Of a stretch of 13,845 nucleotides of DNA, positions 6,629-13,713 are shown in pieces. A program made the position numbers and the translations under genes. How positions within the stretch are numbered: position 1 is the stretch's first letter; the number at the start of each line of letters is the position of its first letter. This stretch comes from Vulcanimicrobiaceae bacterium (lineage in GTDB: Bacteria; Vulcanimicrobiota; Vulcanimicrobiia; Vulcanimicrobiales; Vulcanimicrobiaceae), in contig JBHEMM010000005.1 in assembly GCA_046262595.1 (NCBI GenBank), positions 3,370 through 17,214 of the forward strand, in the 5' to 3' direction. The notes below the pieces were generated by a model. That model was not told the DNA's origin and made no database searches. It worked only from the letters and a program-made list of their open reading frames with translations.

Positions 6629-7680
6629 ACGCACGTGTGCATGGGCGCTTCGAAGCGCTCGCCGGCGCGATTGCGTTGGGCGAAGCCGATGAGGCGCAGC
6701 GCCGGGAGTACCGCGAGCATCTCTCATCGTGCGCCGCGTGTGTAAAAGAGCTGGGCGGCGAGCACGAGATAGAGCGTACGGCCGCAATGATTCACGCTGC
6801 TCGCGATCAGGAAACCTGGCACCCCGAATTGCGCGGCGCGGTCGCCAAACGCGCGCAGCGCAGCACACGTCGAGTCCAGTTCGGTTTCGGCATCGCCGGC
6901 GTGTGCGTTGCGCTCTCGCTCGGCGTTCACGCTGCGCTGGTTGCCGGCATTGCGCCGCTGGAACTGCGCACGCACCAGCCGGCCGTCATCGATACCGGCG
7001 CGACACGCATCCAGCTCGAACAGAGTTCGCCCGCGCCGCCTGCACCGGCGGCGCCCCCGCAGCGCCGGCTCGTCGTCATGCATAACGTCGTGCATCTCCA
7101 GCGCGCTCCTGCGGCGCTTCCCGCCGCCGCGCCGGTCTCAAAGGCGCTGCACGTACCGCGTGAATTCGTAGCGATGGTCGTCCATCCGCGCAGCGCGCGC
7201 GCGCCCAACGAGGGCACCGCGAGCTCTTCGTTTGCGGGACCCGGACAATCGCAATCGTGGCGGACCGTCGCGACCACCACAACGACCTCGCAAAGCGAAA
7301 CGGCGCCGCAATCGCTCACGCACAGCGCCGAATCGATTCAGTTCGGCGCACTTCGCCACGATCGCGACGCAGGCGTCATCGGTGGCGAGACGGCGATTAA
7401 TCCGCAACCGCCCATGATCGCTTACGACGAAGGCGCGCAAGGCACCGCGGTATTCGAGGTGTTGATCGACGATCGCGGGGCGCCTTCAAAATGCGTCATC
7501 ACGAAGTCCACCGGTTATCTCGTCCTGGATAACGCGGTGTGTAAAGCCGCAATGGCTGCACGCTACTCACCGAAGATTCAAGACGGCCGCGCGGTGGCCG
7601 GCGTCTATCACGACGCCTTCACCTTCCGCATGGAAGAAGACGCCTCAATCGAAGGCATCCCTCACACGATCAAATTTTAG
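6625..7680 (+). CDS. Zinc-binding (ZAS/zf-HC2) anti-sigma factor fused to a TM helix, Pro/Ala/Thr-rich linker and TonB C-terminal domain
   Basis: GTGA overlap with the sigma stop and GGAG SD at 6616-6619. H6-x25-HLSSCAAC ZAS motif (6640-6741). Hydrophobic helix FGFGIAGVCVALSLGVHAALVAGI. C-terminal PQPPMIAYDEGAQGTAVFEVLIDDRG...KSTGYLVLDNAVCKAAMAARYSP..DGRAV matches the TonB_C pattern. Confidence 0.85.
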   Translation: MNARVHGRFEALAGAIALGEADEAQRREYREHLSSCAACVKELGGEHEIERTAAMIHAARDQETWHPELRGAVAKRAQRSTRRVQFGFGIAGVCVALSLGVHAALVAGIAPLELRTHQPAVIDTGATRIQLEQSSPAPPAPAAPPQRRLVVMHNVVHLQRAPAALPAAAPVSKALHVPREFVAMVVHPRSARAPNEGTASSSFAGPGQSQSWRTVATTTTTSQSETAPQSLTHSAESIQFGALRHDRDAGVIGGETAINPQPPMIAYDEGAQGTAVFEVLIDDRGAPSKCVITKSTGYLVLDNAVCKAAMAARYSPKIQDGRAVAGVYHDAFTFRMEEDASIEGIPHTIKF

Positions 7681-8174
7681 TCGATAGACTTCCGGAAAAA
7701 CGCAAGCATCTTTTTCGGTTCGGGCATGATGCGGAACTCTTCAAATCCCCAGCCTTTTGCTTGATGGAGAGCGCGGTTCCCATTCATCGGTAAGCAGAAC
7801 GTAAGCGTTTTGACGTTGCGTTTGGCCGCGATGCGCTGCACTTCTTCAACCAGTTTGCTGCCGATCTCGGGCGGTGCATCTTCACGCGTGCGCAAGCTTT
7901 CCATCATCGCAACGTCCATGCCGTTCGCCGATTCCGGATCGTTGTAACCGGGGGGAAACGAGAACACCAGCTGCACCATGCCGAGCAAACCGGTTTCGTC
8001 TTCGGCAAGGATCATCACCCGGCGTCCGGCTTGCTGCTCGGCCAGCCATTTGCCGATGCGCTGCGGCCACGTTTGCCGCTGCGGAGGCGCGCCTTTGACG
8101 ATGCCTTCGTTCACAAGGCGCGCAATGTCGGCTTGGGCGGCGAAACGGATGAAGATTTTCCGGCGTGAACGCAC
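7677..8174 (-). CDS. GNAT-fold protein with degenerate acetyl-CoA-binding motif
   Basis: IRFAAQADI N-terminus, ILAEDETGLLGMVQL strands, IGSKLVEEVQRIA helix, TLTF..NGNRA...GF. GTG at 8174 is the likely start, with upstream in-frame ATGs up to 8243. The stop overlaps the anti-sigma stop. Confidence 0.75.
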   Translation of the reverse strand: MRSRRKIFIRFAAQADIARLVNEGIVKGAPPQRQTWPQRIGKWLAEQQAGRRVMILAEDETGLLGMVQLVFSFPPGYNDPESANGMDVAMMESLRTREDAPPEIGSKLVEEVQRIAAKRNVKTLTFCLPMNGNRALHQAKGWGFEEFRIMPEPKKMLAFFRKSID

Positions 8175-8231
8175 GTGCCCCCAGTACGCCAAGCGGGGAG
8201 GAACGCCCCCTTTTGGCAAACTCGGCGCGGC

Positions 8232-8579
8232 ATGCCGCATCATGCGCCGCTCCGGATTTTCTCAATCGTCACGATGGCCGTGCTTACCGCATGTGCTCTT
8301 CACCGCGCGCCTCACGGCGCCGCGACCGCGGATGTGACCCACGGCGCGGACGCGCAGCACGGCAAGACGGTGTACGAACAGCAGTGTCAAGCATGTCACG
8401 GAGCAGGCGGCACGGCCGGCCCCATCGGTCCGGTGCTGCACGGCGAACGCGCGCGCCGCTCGTATGAATCCGTTCGCCGTTTTGTTTTGGATCCCGACGC
8501 ACCGATGCCGAAGCTCTTTCCCTCGCGCATGACGGCGGCGGACGTGCGCGACGTCTCCGCTTACGTGGAATCGTTGTAA
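8232..8579 (+). CDS. Monoheme class I cytochrome c, probable lipoprotein
   Basis: Hydrophobic N-terminus ending in lipobox-like LTA|C, then GKTVYEQQCQACHG heme-binding motif, GPVL, distal Met in PDAPMP, and C-terminal helix DVRDVSAYVESL. Confidence 0.88.
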   Translation: MPHHAPLRIFSIVTMAVLTACALHRAPHGAATADVTHGADAQHGKTVYEQQCQACHGAGGTAGPIGPVLHGERARRSYESVRRFVLDPDAPMPKLFPSRMTAADVRDVSAYVESL

Positions 8580-8581
8580 GG

Positions 8582-10009
8582 GTGGCACGCGCCGTGTACC
8601 GCTTCACGCGCGACTTGCGCCTGGACGACCACGCCGGTCTTGCGGCAGCGTGCGCGCATGGAGAGGTGCTGCCGGTGCTGGTCGTCGATCGCGCGCTGCA
8701 CACGCGTCTGGCGAGCTCGCCGCGGCGCGCGGCATTTTACTGTAAAGCGGTCAAGGAACTGGACGCAGATTTGAAGGCGCACGGGAGCCGGCTCATCGTG
8801 CGGCGCGGCAGCGCGGGAAGCACGCTCAAAAGTTTGGCCCGCGCCACCGACGCGCGCGCCGTCGCATGGTCGGCCAGCTTCGATGCGGCGGGCATTCTTG
8901 CCGATCAGCAGCTGCAGTCGCAGCTCGAAGAAGCGGGCCTGCGCGCACAGGTTGTCGCCGATGCACCCGCCGTTACACCCGAAGAAGGCACCGCGGCGCG
9001 CCCCTCGACGGGTGAAGGGTACCGCTCGTTCACGGCCTATTACCATACGTGGCGAGACCTCGTACCGGCCTCATTCGAAATGCCGCTGCTGCTGGCATTC
9101 GCGCGCACGGAGCTGCACACCGAAGCCTTACCGGATCCCGCGGAGTTCGGCACGCCCGCGGACGGTCCGAAGGCGGGCGCTCAAGCCGCGCAGCGTAAGT
9201 TCGAAGCGTTTTTAAATGGCGAGGGTCCGCAGTATTCGATCGCCGTGAACCAACCGGCGGACGATCGCACTTCACATTTGAGCGCCGAACTCTCGTTCGG
9301 CACGATCGCCGCGCGTACGATCGTGCGCCAAACGCGCCGGCGCATCGAAGATCCGTTTTTGCTCGCCGAAGAGCGTGCCTCGCTCAAGCTGTTTCTGCGC
9401 TCGATTGCGATGCGCGACTTCTTCCTGCAGCTTGCGTGGTACAACCCTCACACGGGCAGCTCGCCGCTGCAAGAGAAGATGCAGCACTTCGTCTTCGCGC
9501 AGACGCATCCCAAACTCGACGCTTGGAAAGCCGGCAGAACCGGATACCCCATGGTGGACGCCGGGATCGCGCAGCTCAAGGCGACGGGCTGGATGCATCC
9601 GCGCGTGCGCAGCATCGCCGCTTCGTTCTTGTGTTTCGACCTCGGCGTGGACTGGCGGGTCGGCATCGCCGAATGGGACCGGCTGCTCATCGAAGACGAA
9701 CCCGCACTCTCATCGGGGAATTGGCAGTGGATTGCGGGCGTCGGCGCCGATCTTGCCGCATACCCGCGCATCTTCAACCCGCGCAAGCAGTGGCGGCGGT
9801 TCGATCCCGGCGCCGTTTACGTCAAGCGTTGGATACCCGAGCTTGCGCACGTCCCGGCCGCAGCCATCGGAGCAGCCGCGCCGCTCTCACCGCAGACCGA
9901 ACTGGCGCTGTTCCCATCGCCCTCGTATCCGCAGCCCGTGGTGAACCACGATGAAGTTGCGCGCGCCTTTTTGAAACGTTATCAGCAGTTTGCGCTGGGC
10001 GGCGTCTAA
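8582..10009 (+). CDS. DNA photolyase/cryptochrome-family flavoprotein with atypical active-site residues
   Basis: Motifs RDLRLDD, YRSFTAY, TSHLS, WKAGRTGYPMVDAG, LKATGWMH, SFL, DWRVG, GNWQW, RIFNP, FDP, YVKRWIPEL, YPQPVV. Full length (475 aa), with no frameshift or stop. Confidence 0.92.
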   Translation: MARAVYRFTRDLRLDDHAGLAAACAHGEVLPVLVVDRALHTRLASSPRRAAFYCKAVKELDADLKAHGSRLIVRRGSAGSTLKSLARATDARAVAWSASFDAAGILADQQLQSQLEEAGLRAQVVADAPAVTPEEGTAARPSTGEGYRSFTAYYHTWRDLVPASFEMPLLLAFARTELHTEALPDPAEFGTPADGPKAGAQAAQRKFEAFLNGEGPQYSIAVNQPADDRTSHLSAELSFGTIAARTIVRQTRRRIEDPFLLAEERASLKLFLRSIAMRDFFLQLAWYNPHTGSSPLQEKMQHFVFAQTHPKLDAWKAGRTGYPMVDAGIAQLKATGWMHPRVRSIAASFLCFDLGVDWRVGIAEWDRLLIEDEPALSSGNWQWIAGVGADLAAYPRIFNPRKQWRRFDPGAVYVKRWIPELAHVPAAAIGAAAPLSPQTELALFPSPSYPQPVVNHDEVARAFLKRYQQFALGGV

Positions 10010-10614
10010 GCGGGAATGCGATCGTCGAGCCAATCGCTCACGATAGGTACCCGGACCTCATCACCGTGCCACACTTTGATGCCGTACACGACGCTCATGA
10101 CGATGAACAGCGGTATCATCAGCGCGAGTACGATGTCCGAACTCCAGCCCAGCGGCGTCCAACTGATCAGCGGCAGGTGCGAGATCATCTCGAGCACCGC
10201 CCATACGGCGTAGATGCCGAAGTTGAAGCCCAGTGCCTGGTACGCGTGCTTACGGAAACGCTTGGACTGCTTGCGATCGAACAGCGAGAGCAGCGCGAGC
10301 GGCCAGAGCGGATACCCGAGCGCGACCAAGATGCGCGACTCCTGCGAGTCATCCGGCGCGCCGACGCTCGCGCGCACGGTCGGCTGGCTTTGCGCTTGCT
10401 GCGCGGTCTGCTGCTGCGCGTTCCACCATTGCTGCGAACGGGGCGGCACGTCGCCGGCGACGGCCTGACGCTTCGCCGCGGCGACGTCGATCTTCGCCGC
10501 TAAGCGGCAACTGGGGCAAGTGCCGGTGTTGTCGCGGCACGTCGCGCATATCGGCTTGTTGCAGTCGGGGCACGGCGCGACGGACGGGACGTTCGAGTGA
10601 AAATAGCAGTCCAC
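10006..10614 (-). CDS. Membrane protein with N-terminal B-box-like Zn finger and C-terminal DUF4870/Tic20-like domain
   Basis: GTG at 10614 with GGGAG SD 6 nt upstream. CYFH-x8-CPDC-x4-CATC-x6-CPSC, then a Gln-rich linker, then ALGYP...FRKHAYQAL...GIKVWHGDEVRVPIV with three hydrophobic segments. Domain names are from pattern recognition. Confidence 0.78.
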   Translation of the reverse strand: MDCYFHSNVPSVAPCPDCNKPICATCRDNTGTCPSCRLAAKIDVAAAKRQAVAGDVPPRSQQWWNAQQQTAQQAQSQPTVRASVGAPDDSQESRILVALGYPLWPLALLSLFDRKQSKRFRKHAYQALGFNFGIYAVWAVLEMISHLPLISWTPLGWSSDIVLALMIPLFIVMSVVYGIKVWHGDEVRVPIVSDWLDDRIPA

Positions 10615-10700
10615 ATTGTTCTCCCGGAGGGCATTGTGCACTCATGTACCGCGCGGCGCGCAAGAGGTTTCGCGCGCCGCGGGCGGCAAGCGGAGTGCGG

Positions 10701-12437
10701 ATGACCCGCCGCTACACGCTGCGGCGCCTCGCACGCGATTCCCGGCCGCATTGGCCCGGAATCGCGCTCGGCGTCGTTCTGGGAACGCTTGCCGGCCTGC
10801 TCTCGGCCGTGCCGCCGCTGGCGTTCGGCAACCTGATCGCGCAAGTCGGCAATCCCGGCCGCGCACACGTGGACGTCCTGTACGCGATGCTCCTGGCCAT
10901 CTGGCTCTCGCTGGTTCTTGCCTCGGCCGCGCAGTACGGCAGTCAGTACCTGATCGCCGCGTCGGGCCAATCGCTGATCAATGGTTTTCGCATCCGTCTT
11001 TTCTCGCGCATCCTGCATTTGCCGCTGGCCGAATTCGATAAGTGGCGCCCGGGCGATCTGTTCGCGCGCTTCGGCGCGGACTTGAACATGATGACCGACG
11101 CGGTCACCACGTCGGTTCCGCAGTTGATCAGCAACAGCGTCACCTTCGCTGCTTCGTTTGCGGCAATGGTGCGCATCGACTGGCTGCTCACGCTTTCGAT
11201 TCTCGCCGTCGCACCGCTCGTTTCCATCGCCGTTTCGCGTTTTCAAAAGCTGATCTCGGGTTCGACGCTCAATTCGCAGCTGCGCATTGCCGATCTCTCC
11301 AACAGCTTGGCGGAGATGGTGTCCGGCCACCGGGTCGTCAAAGCGTTCGGACGCGAACGTTACGAAATCGAACGTTTTGCGAGAAGCAGCGATGCATACC
11401 GCGGCACGTTTATGAAGATGACGCAATTCGTCGCGACGCAGCCGATGGTGCTGCAGGTGCTGATGGCCAGCGCCGTTGCGGTCATCATCTGGCTCTCGAT
11501 GCGTGAGGTGCTCGTCCACCGTTTGGACACGCCGCTGCTGCTCACGTACTATCTCTTTCTGGTGAATTTGGTCAACCCCATCAACCGTTTCGCGGCGTTC
11601 ATGGGTGACATCAGCAAAGCAATTGTCGGCGCCACGCGTGTCTACGAAATCCTCGACCTTCCCGTCGAAGCGGCCGACAAGCCGGGCGCGGTGCCGCTGC
11701 CGAAGATCGCGGGCCACATCGCCTTCGAGCACGTCTCGTTCGCCTACGACCAGGCCGAAGGTCCGGTGCTCAACGGATTCAATGCCGACATTCCGGCGGG
11801 GCAGATCGTGGCGCTGGTGGGTCCCTCCGGAGCGGGCAAGACCACCATCGTCAACCTCGTGCCGCGCTTTTACGAGCCGCAGGGCGGCCGCATTACCATC
11901 GACGGCGTGGACCTGGCGAACGTCAAACTTGCCGACCTGAGGGCACAGATTGGCATCGTGCCGCAGGATCCGATGCTCTTCCGCGGGACGATTGCGCAAA
12001 ACATCCGGTACGGCCGTCTTGAAGCCGGCGAGGACGAAGTGCGCGCCGCCGCGCGCGAAGCGAACGCCGAAGAGTTCGTGCTCGGTTTTCCCGAGGGATA
12101 CCAAACGCACGTCGGCGAACGCGGCTCTCGCCTTTCCGGCGGCCAGCGCCAGCGCATCGCGATAGCGCGCGCGATTTTACGCGACCCGCGCATTTTAATT
12201 CTCGATGAGGCGACGAGCGCGTTGGACAGCCATTCCGAGGTGCTGATCGAGCAGGCGCTTGATCGGCTGCTGCCCGGCCGCACGACCTTAATTATCGCCC
12301 ACCGCCTTTCGACGATCCGGCGCGCGAACGTCATCCTGTATATCGAGGGCGGCCGCGTGCTCGAAACGGGAAGCCACGAGAGCCTGCTCGCCCGGGGCGG
12401 CGCGTACGCGCGTCTGCACGCCACGCAGTTCGCGTAA
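10701..12437 (+). CDS. ABC exporter, fused permease/ATPase (MsbA-like)
   Basis: ATG 10701 with GGAG at 10692-10695. N-terminal TM helices, Walker A GPSGAGKT, Q-loop VPQD, signature LSGGQRQR, Walker B ILILDEATSALD, and H-loop IAHRLST. Confidence 0.93.
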   Translation: MTRRYTLRRLARDSRPHWPGIALGVVLGTLAGLLSAVPPLAFGNLIAQVGNPGRAHVDVLYAMLLAIWLSLVLASAAQYGSQYLIAASGQSLINGFRIRLFSRILHLPLAEFDKWRPGDLFARFGADLNMMTDAVTTSVPQLISNSVTFAASFAAMVRIDWLLTLSILAVAPLVSIAVSRFQKLISGSTLNSQLRIADLSNSLAEMVSGHRVVKAFGRERYEIERFARSSDAYRGTFMKMTQFVATQPMVLQVLMASAVAVIIWLSMREVLVHRLDTPLLLTYYLFLVNLVNPINRFAAFMGDISKAIVGATRVYEILDLPVEAADKPGAVPLPKIAGHIAFEHVSFAYDQAEGPVLNGFNADIPAGQIVALVGPSGAGKTTIVNLVPRFYEPQGGRITIDGVDLANVKLADLRAQIGIVPQDPMLFRGTIAQNIRYGRLEAGEDEVRAAAREANAEEFVLGFPEGYQTHVGERGSRLSGGQRQRIAIARAILRDPRILILDEATSALDSHSEVLIEQALDRLLPGRTTLIIAHRLSTIRRANVILYIEGGRVLETGSHESLLARGGAYARLHATQFA

Positions 12438-12443
12438 CGCCGC

Positions 12444-12470
12444 TCAACAAAGCTTCGGCGCGGCCGATAG
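12444..12470 (+). promoter_or_regulatory. Putative sigma28 (FliA/SigD) promoter TCAA-N15-GCCGATAG
   Basis: TCAA at 12444-12447, a 15-nt spacer, and GCCGATAG at 12463-12470, compared with consensus TAAA-N15-GCCGATAA. It sits directly upstream of flgB. Confidence 0.78.
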
Positions 12471-12480
12471 CACTAAGAAG

Positions 12481-12915
12481 ATGAGCGATATCAGCGCGGT
12501 CGGCTTCGGCTCGACGGTTGACCTTTTGGGCAACGCCATTGCCGGCGCAGACATGCAGCATGCCGCGATTGCGAACAACATCGCAAACGTTAACACCCCG
12601 AATTACAACCGGCAAAGCGTGTCTTTTAAGGATGCGCTCGCCTCGGCGGAAGGCGAAGATACGGGCAGCGGCGACCTTGCCATGCTGACGGCCGGCGATC
12701 GCCACTTCACAGCGCCCGGTTCGGCGCCCGCGACGTTCGATCCGCAGGTGCAGGTGGACGAAACCGACCAAATGCGGCCTGACGGCAGCAACGTTGACGT
12801 CGATAAAGAGATGGCCAGCCTCTCGCAAAACTCCGGCTACTCGCAGACGATGTCGCAACTGCTCCAAGTGCAGTTCATGCGCTTGCGCGAAGCGATCACG
12901 GAGCAGACGCACTGA
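12481..12915 (+). CDS. flgB: Flagellar basal-body rod protein FlgB
   Basis: Motifs IANNIANVNTPNY, VSF..AL, RPDGSNVDVDKEMASL. First gene of the flgB-flgC-fliE order. Confidence 0.95.
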   Translation: MSDISAVGFGSTVDLLGNAIAGADMQHAAIANNIANVNTPNYNRQSVSFKDALASAEGEDTGSGDLAMLTAGDRHFTAPGSAPATFDPQVQVDETDQMRPDGSNVDVDKEMASLSQNSGYSQTMSQLLQVQFMRLREAITEQTH

Positions 12916-13349
12916 TGTCGGGTTTTTACAACTCGATTGAAGTCAGCGCTTCCGGTCTTTCCGCCGAGCGTTTGGCGATGGACGTCATCGCGAATAACAT
13001 CGCCAATGCCAATACGACGCACACGCCGCAAGGCGGCGCGTTTAAACGGCAGCTCGTCGTCTACTCGGCAAAAGGCGGCGGCTCGGGAGATGGTTCGGAG
13101 GATAGTGCTTCTGCGGACGCCGGCGTGGAGACGCTGGGCATCGTGCAGGACACGAGCCCGGACCGCTTAGTATTCGAGCCGGGAAATCCCGATGCGGACG
13201 CACGCGGGTACGTGCATTATCCGAACGTGCAGATTGTCAAAGAAATGGTCGACATGATGGCTGCATCGCGCGCATATCAAGCGAACGTCACGGCTATTCA
13301 AGAAGCGCGCAGCATGTCGAATGCCGCGCTCGGACTGTTGCGGAGTTAG
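12915..13349 (+). CDS. flgC: Flagellar basal-body rod protein FlgC
   Basis: Motifs SASGLSAERLAMDVIANNIANANTT, FEPGNPDADARGYVHYPNV, EMVDMMAASRAYQANV. TGATG overlap with flgB. Confidence 0.96.
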   Translation: MSGFYNSIEVSASGLSAERLAMDVIANNIANANTTHTPQGGAFKRQLVVYSAKGGGSGDGSEDSASADAGVETLGIVQDTSPDRLVFEPGNPDADARGYVHYPNVQIVKEMVDMMAASRAYQANVTAIQEARSMSNAALGLLRS

Positions 13350-13353
13350 TCAA

Positions 13354-13671
13354 ATGGACATCAGCACGAACTATCATTCGATCGTCCCAGACATCGGCAC
13401 CGGCAGCACGGACGTGCCGACGCAGCCTATTCCGGGCGGCGGCGAGGCCGGCACATCGTTCAAAGACACCGTGAAATCGCTGCTTGGCGACGTCAACGAT
13501 AAAGTGACTCAGTCCGACCAGCTTTCGCGCGATCTTGCGACGGGGCGCACGAACGATGTGAGCAAAGTCGTCACGTCCGTCGAAGAAGCGAATCTGGCGA
13601 TGCAGTTTACGCTGGCCATTCGGAATAAACTGCTCGATGCATACTCGGAAATCTCGCGCATGCAGGTCTAA
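13354..13671 (+). CDS. fliE: Flagellar hook-basal body protein FliE
   Basis: Motifs SFKDTV..LLGDVN, EEANLAMQFTLAIRNKLLDAYSEISRMQV. ATG 13354 with GGAG at 13342-13345. Confidence 0.95.
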   Translation: MDISTNYHSIVPDIGTGSTDVPTQPIPGGGEAGTSFKDTVKSLLGDVNDKVTQSDQLSRDLATGRTNDVSKVVTSVEEANLAMQFTLAIRNKLLDAYSEISRMQV

Positions 13672-13713
13672 AGTTTCGGTCCCCGCCCTACGGCGGGGCA
13701 TCGGACGTCGAAC

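Noticed and set aside
8582..10009. Labelling the photolyase-like gene a pseudogene or a canonical phrB
   Set aside because: The ORF is full-length with the scaffold conserved, so it is not a pseudogene. Key repair residues appear replaced, so phrB function cannot be asserted.
10500..12110. 536-aa antisense ORF opposite the ABC exporter
   Set aside because: It is a shadow ORF of a well-supported + strand gene and has no motifs.
13681..13698. GTAG-type REP element on the minus strand
   Set aside because: GTAG falls in the loop instead of preceding the stem, there is a single copy, and no associated transposase is in the window.
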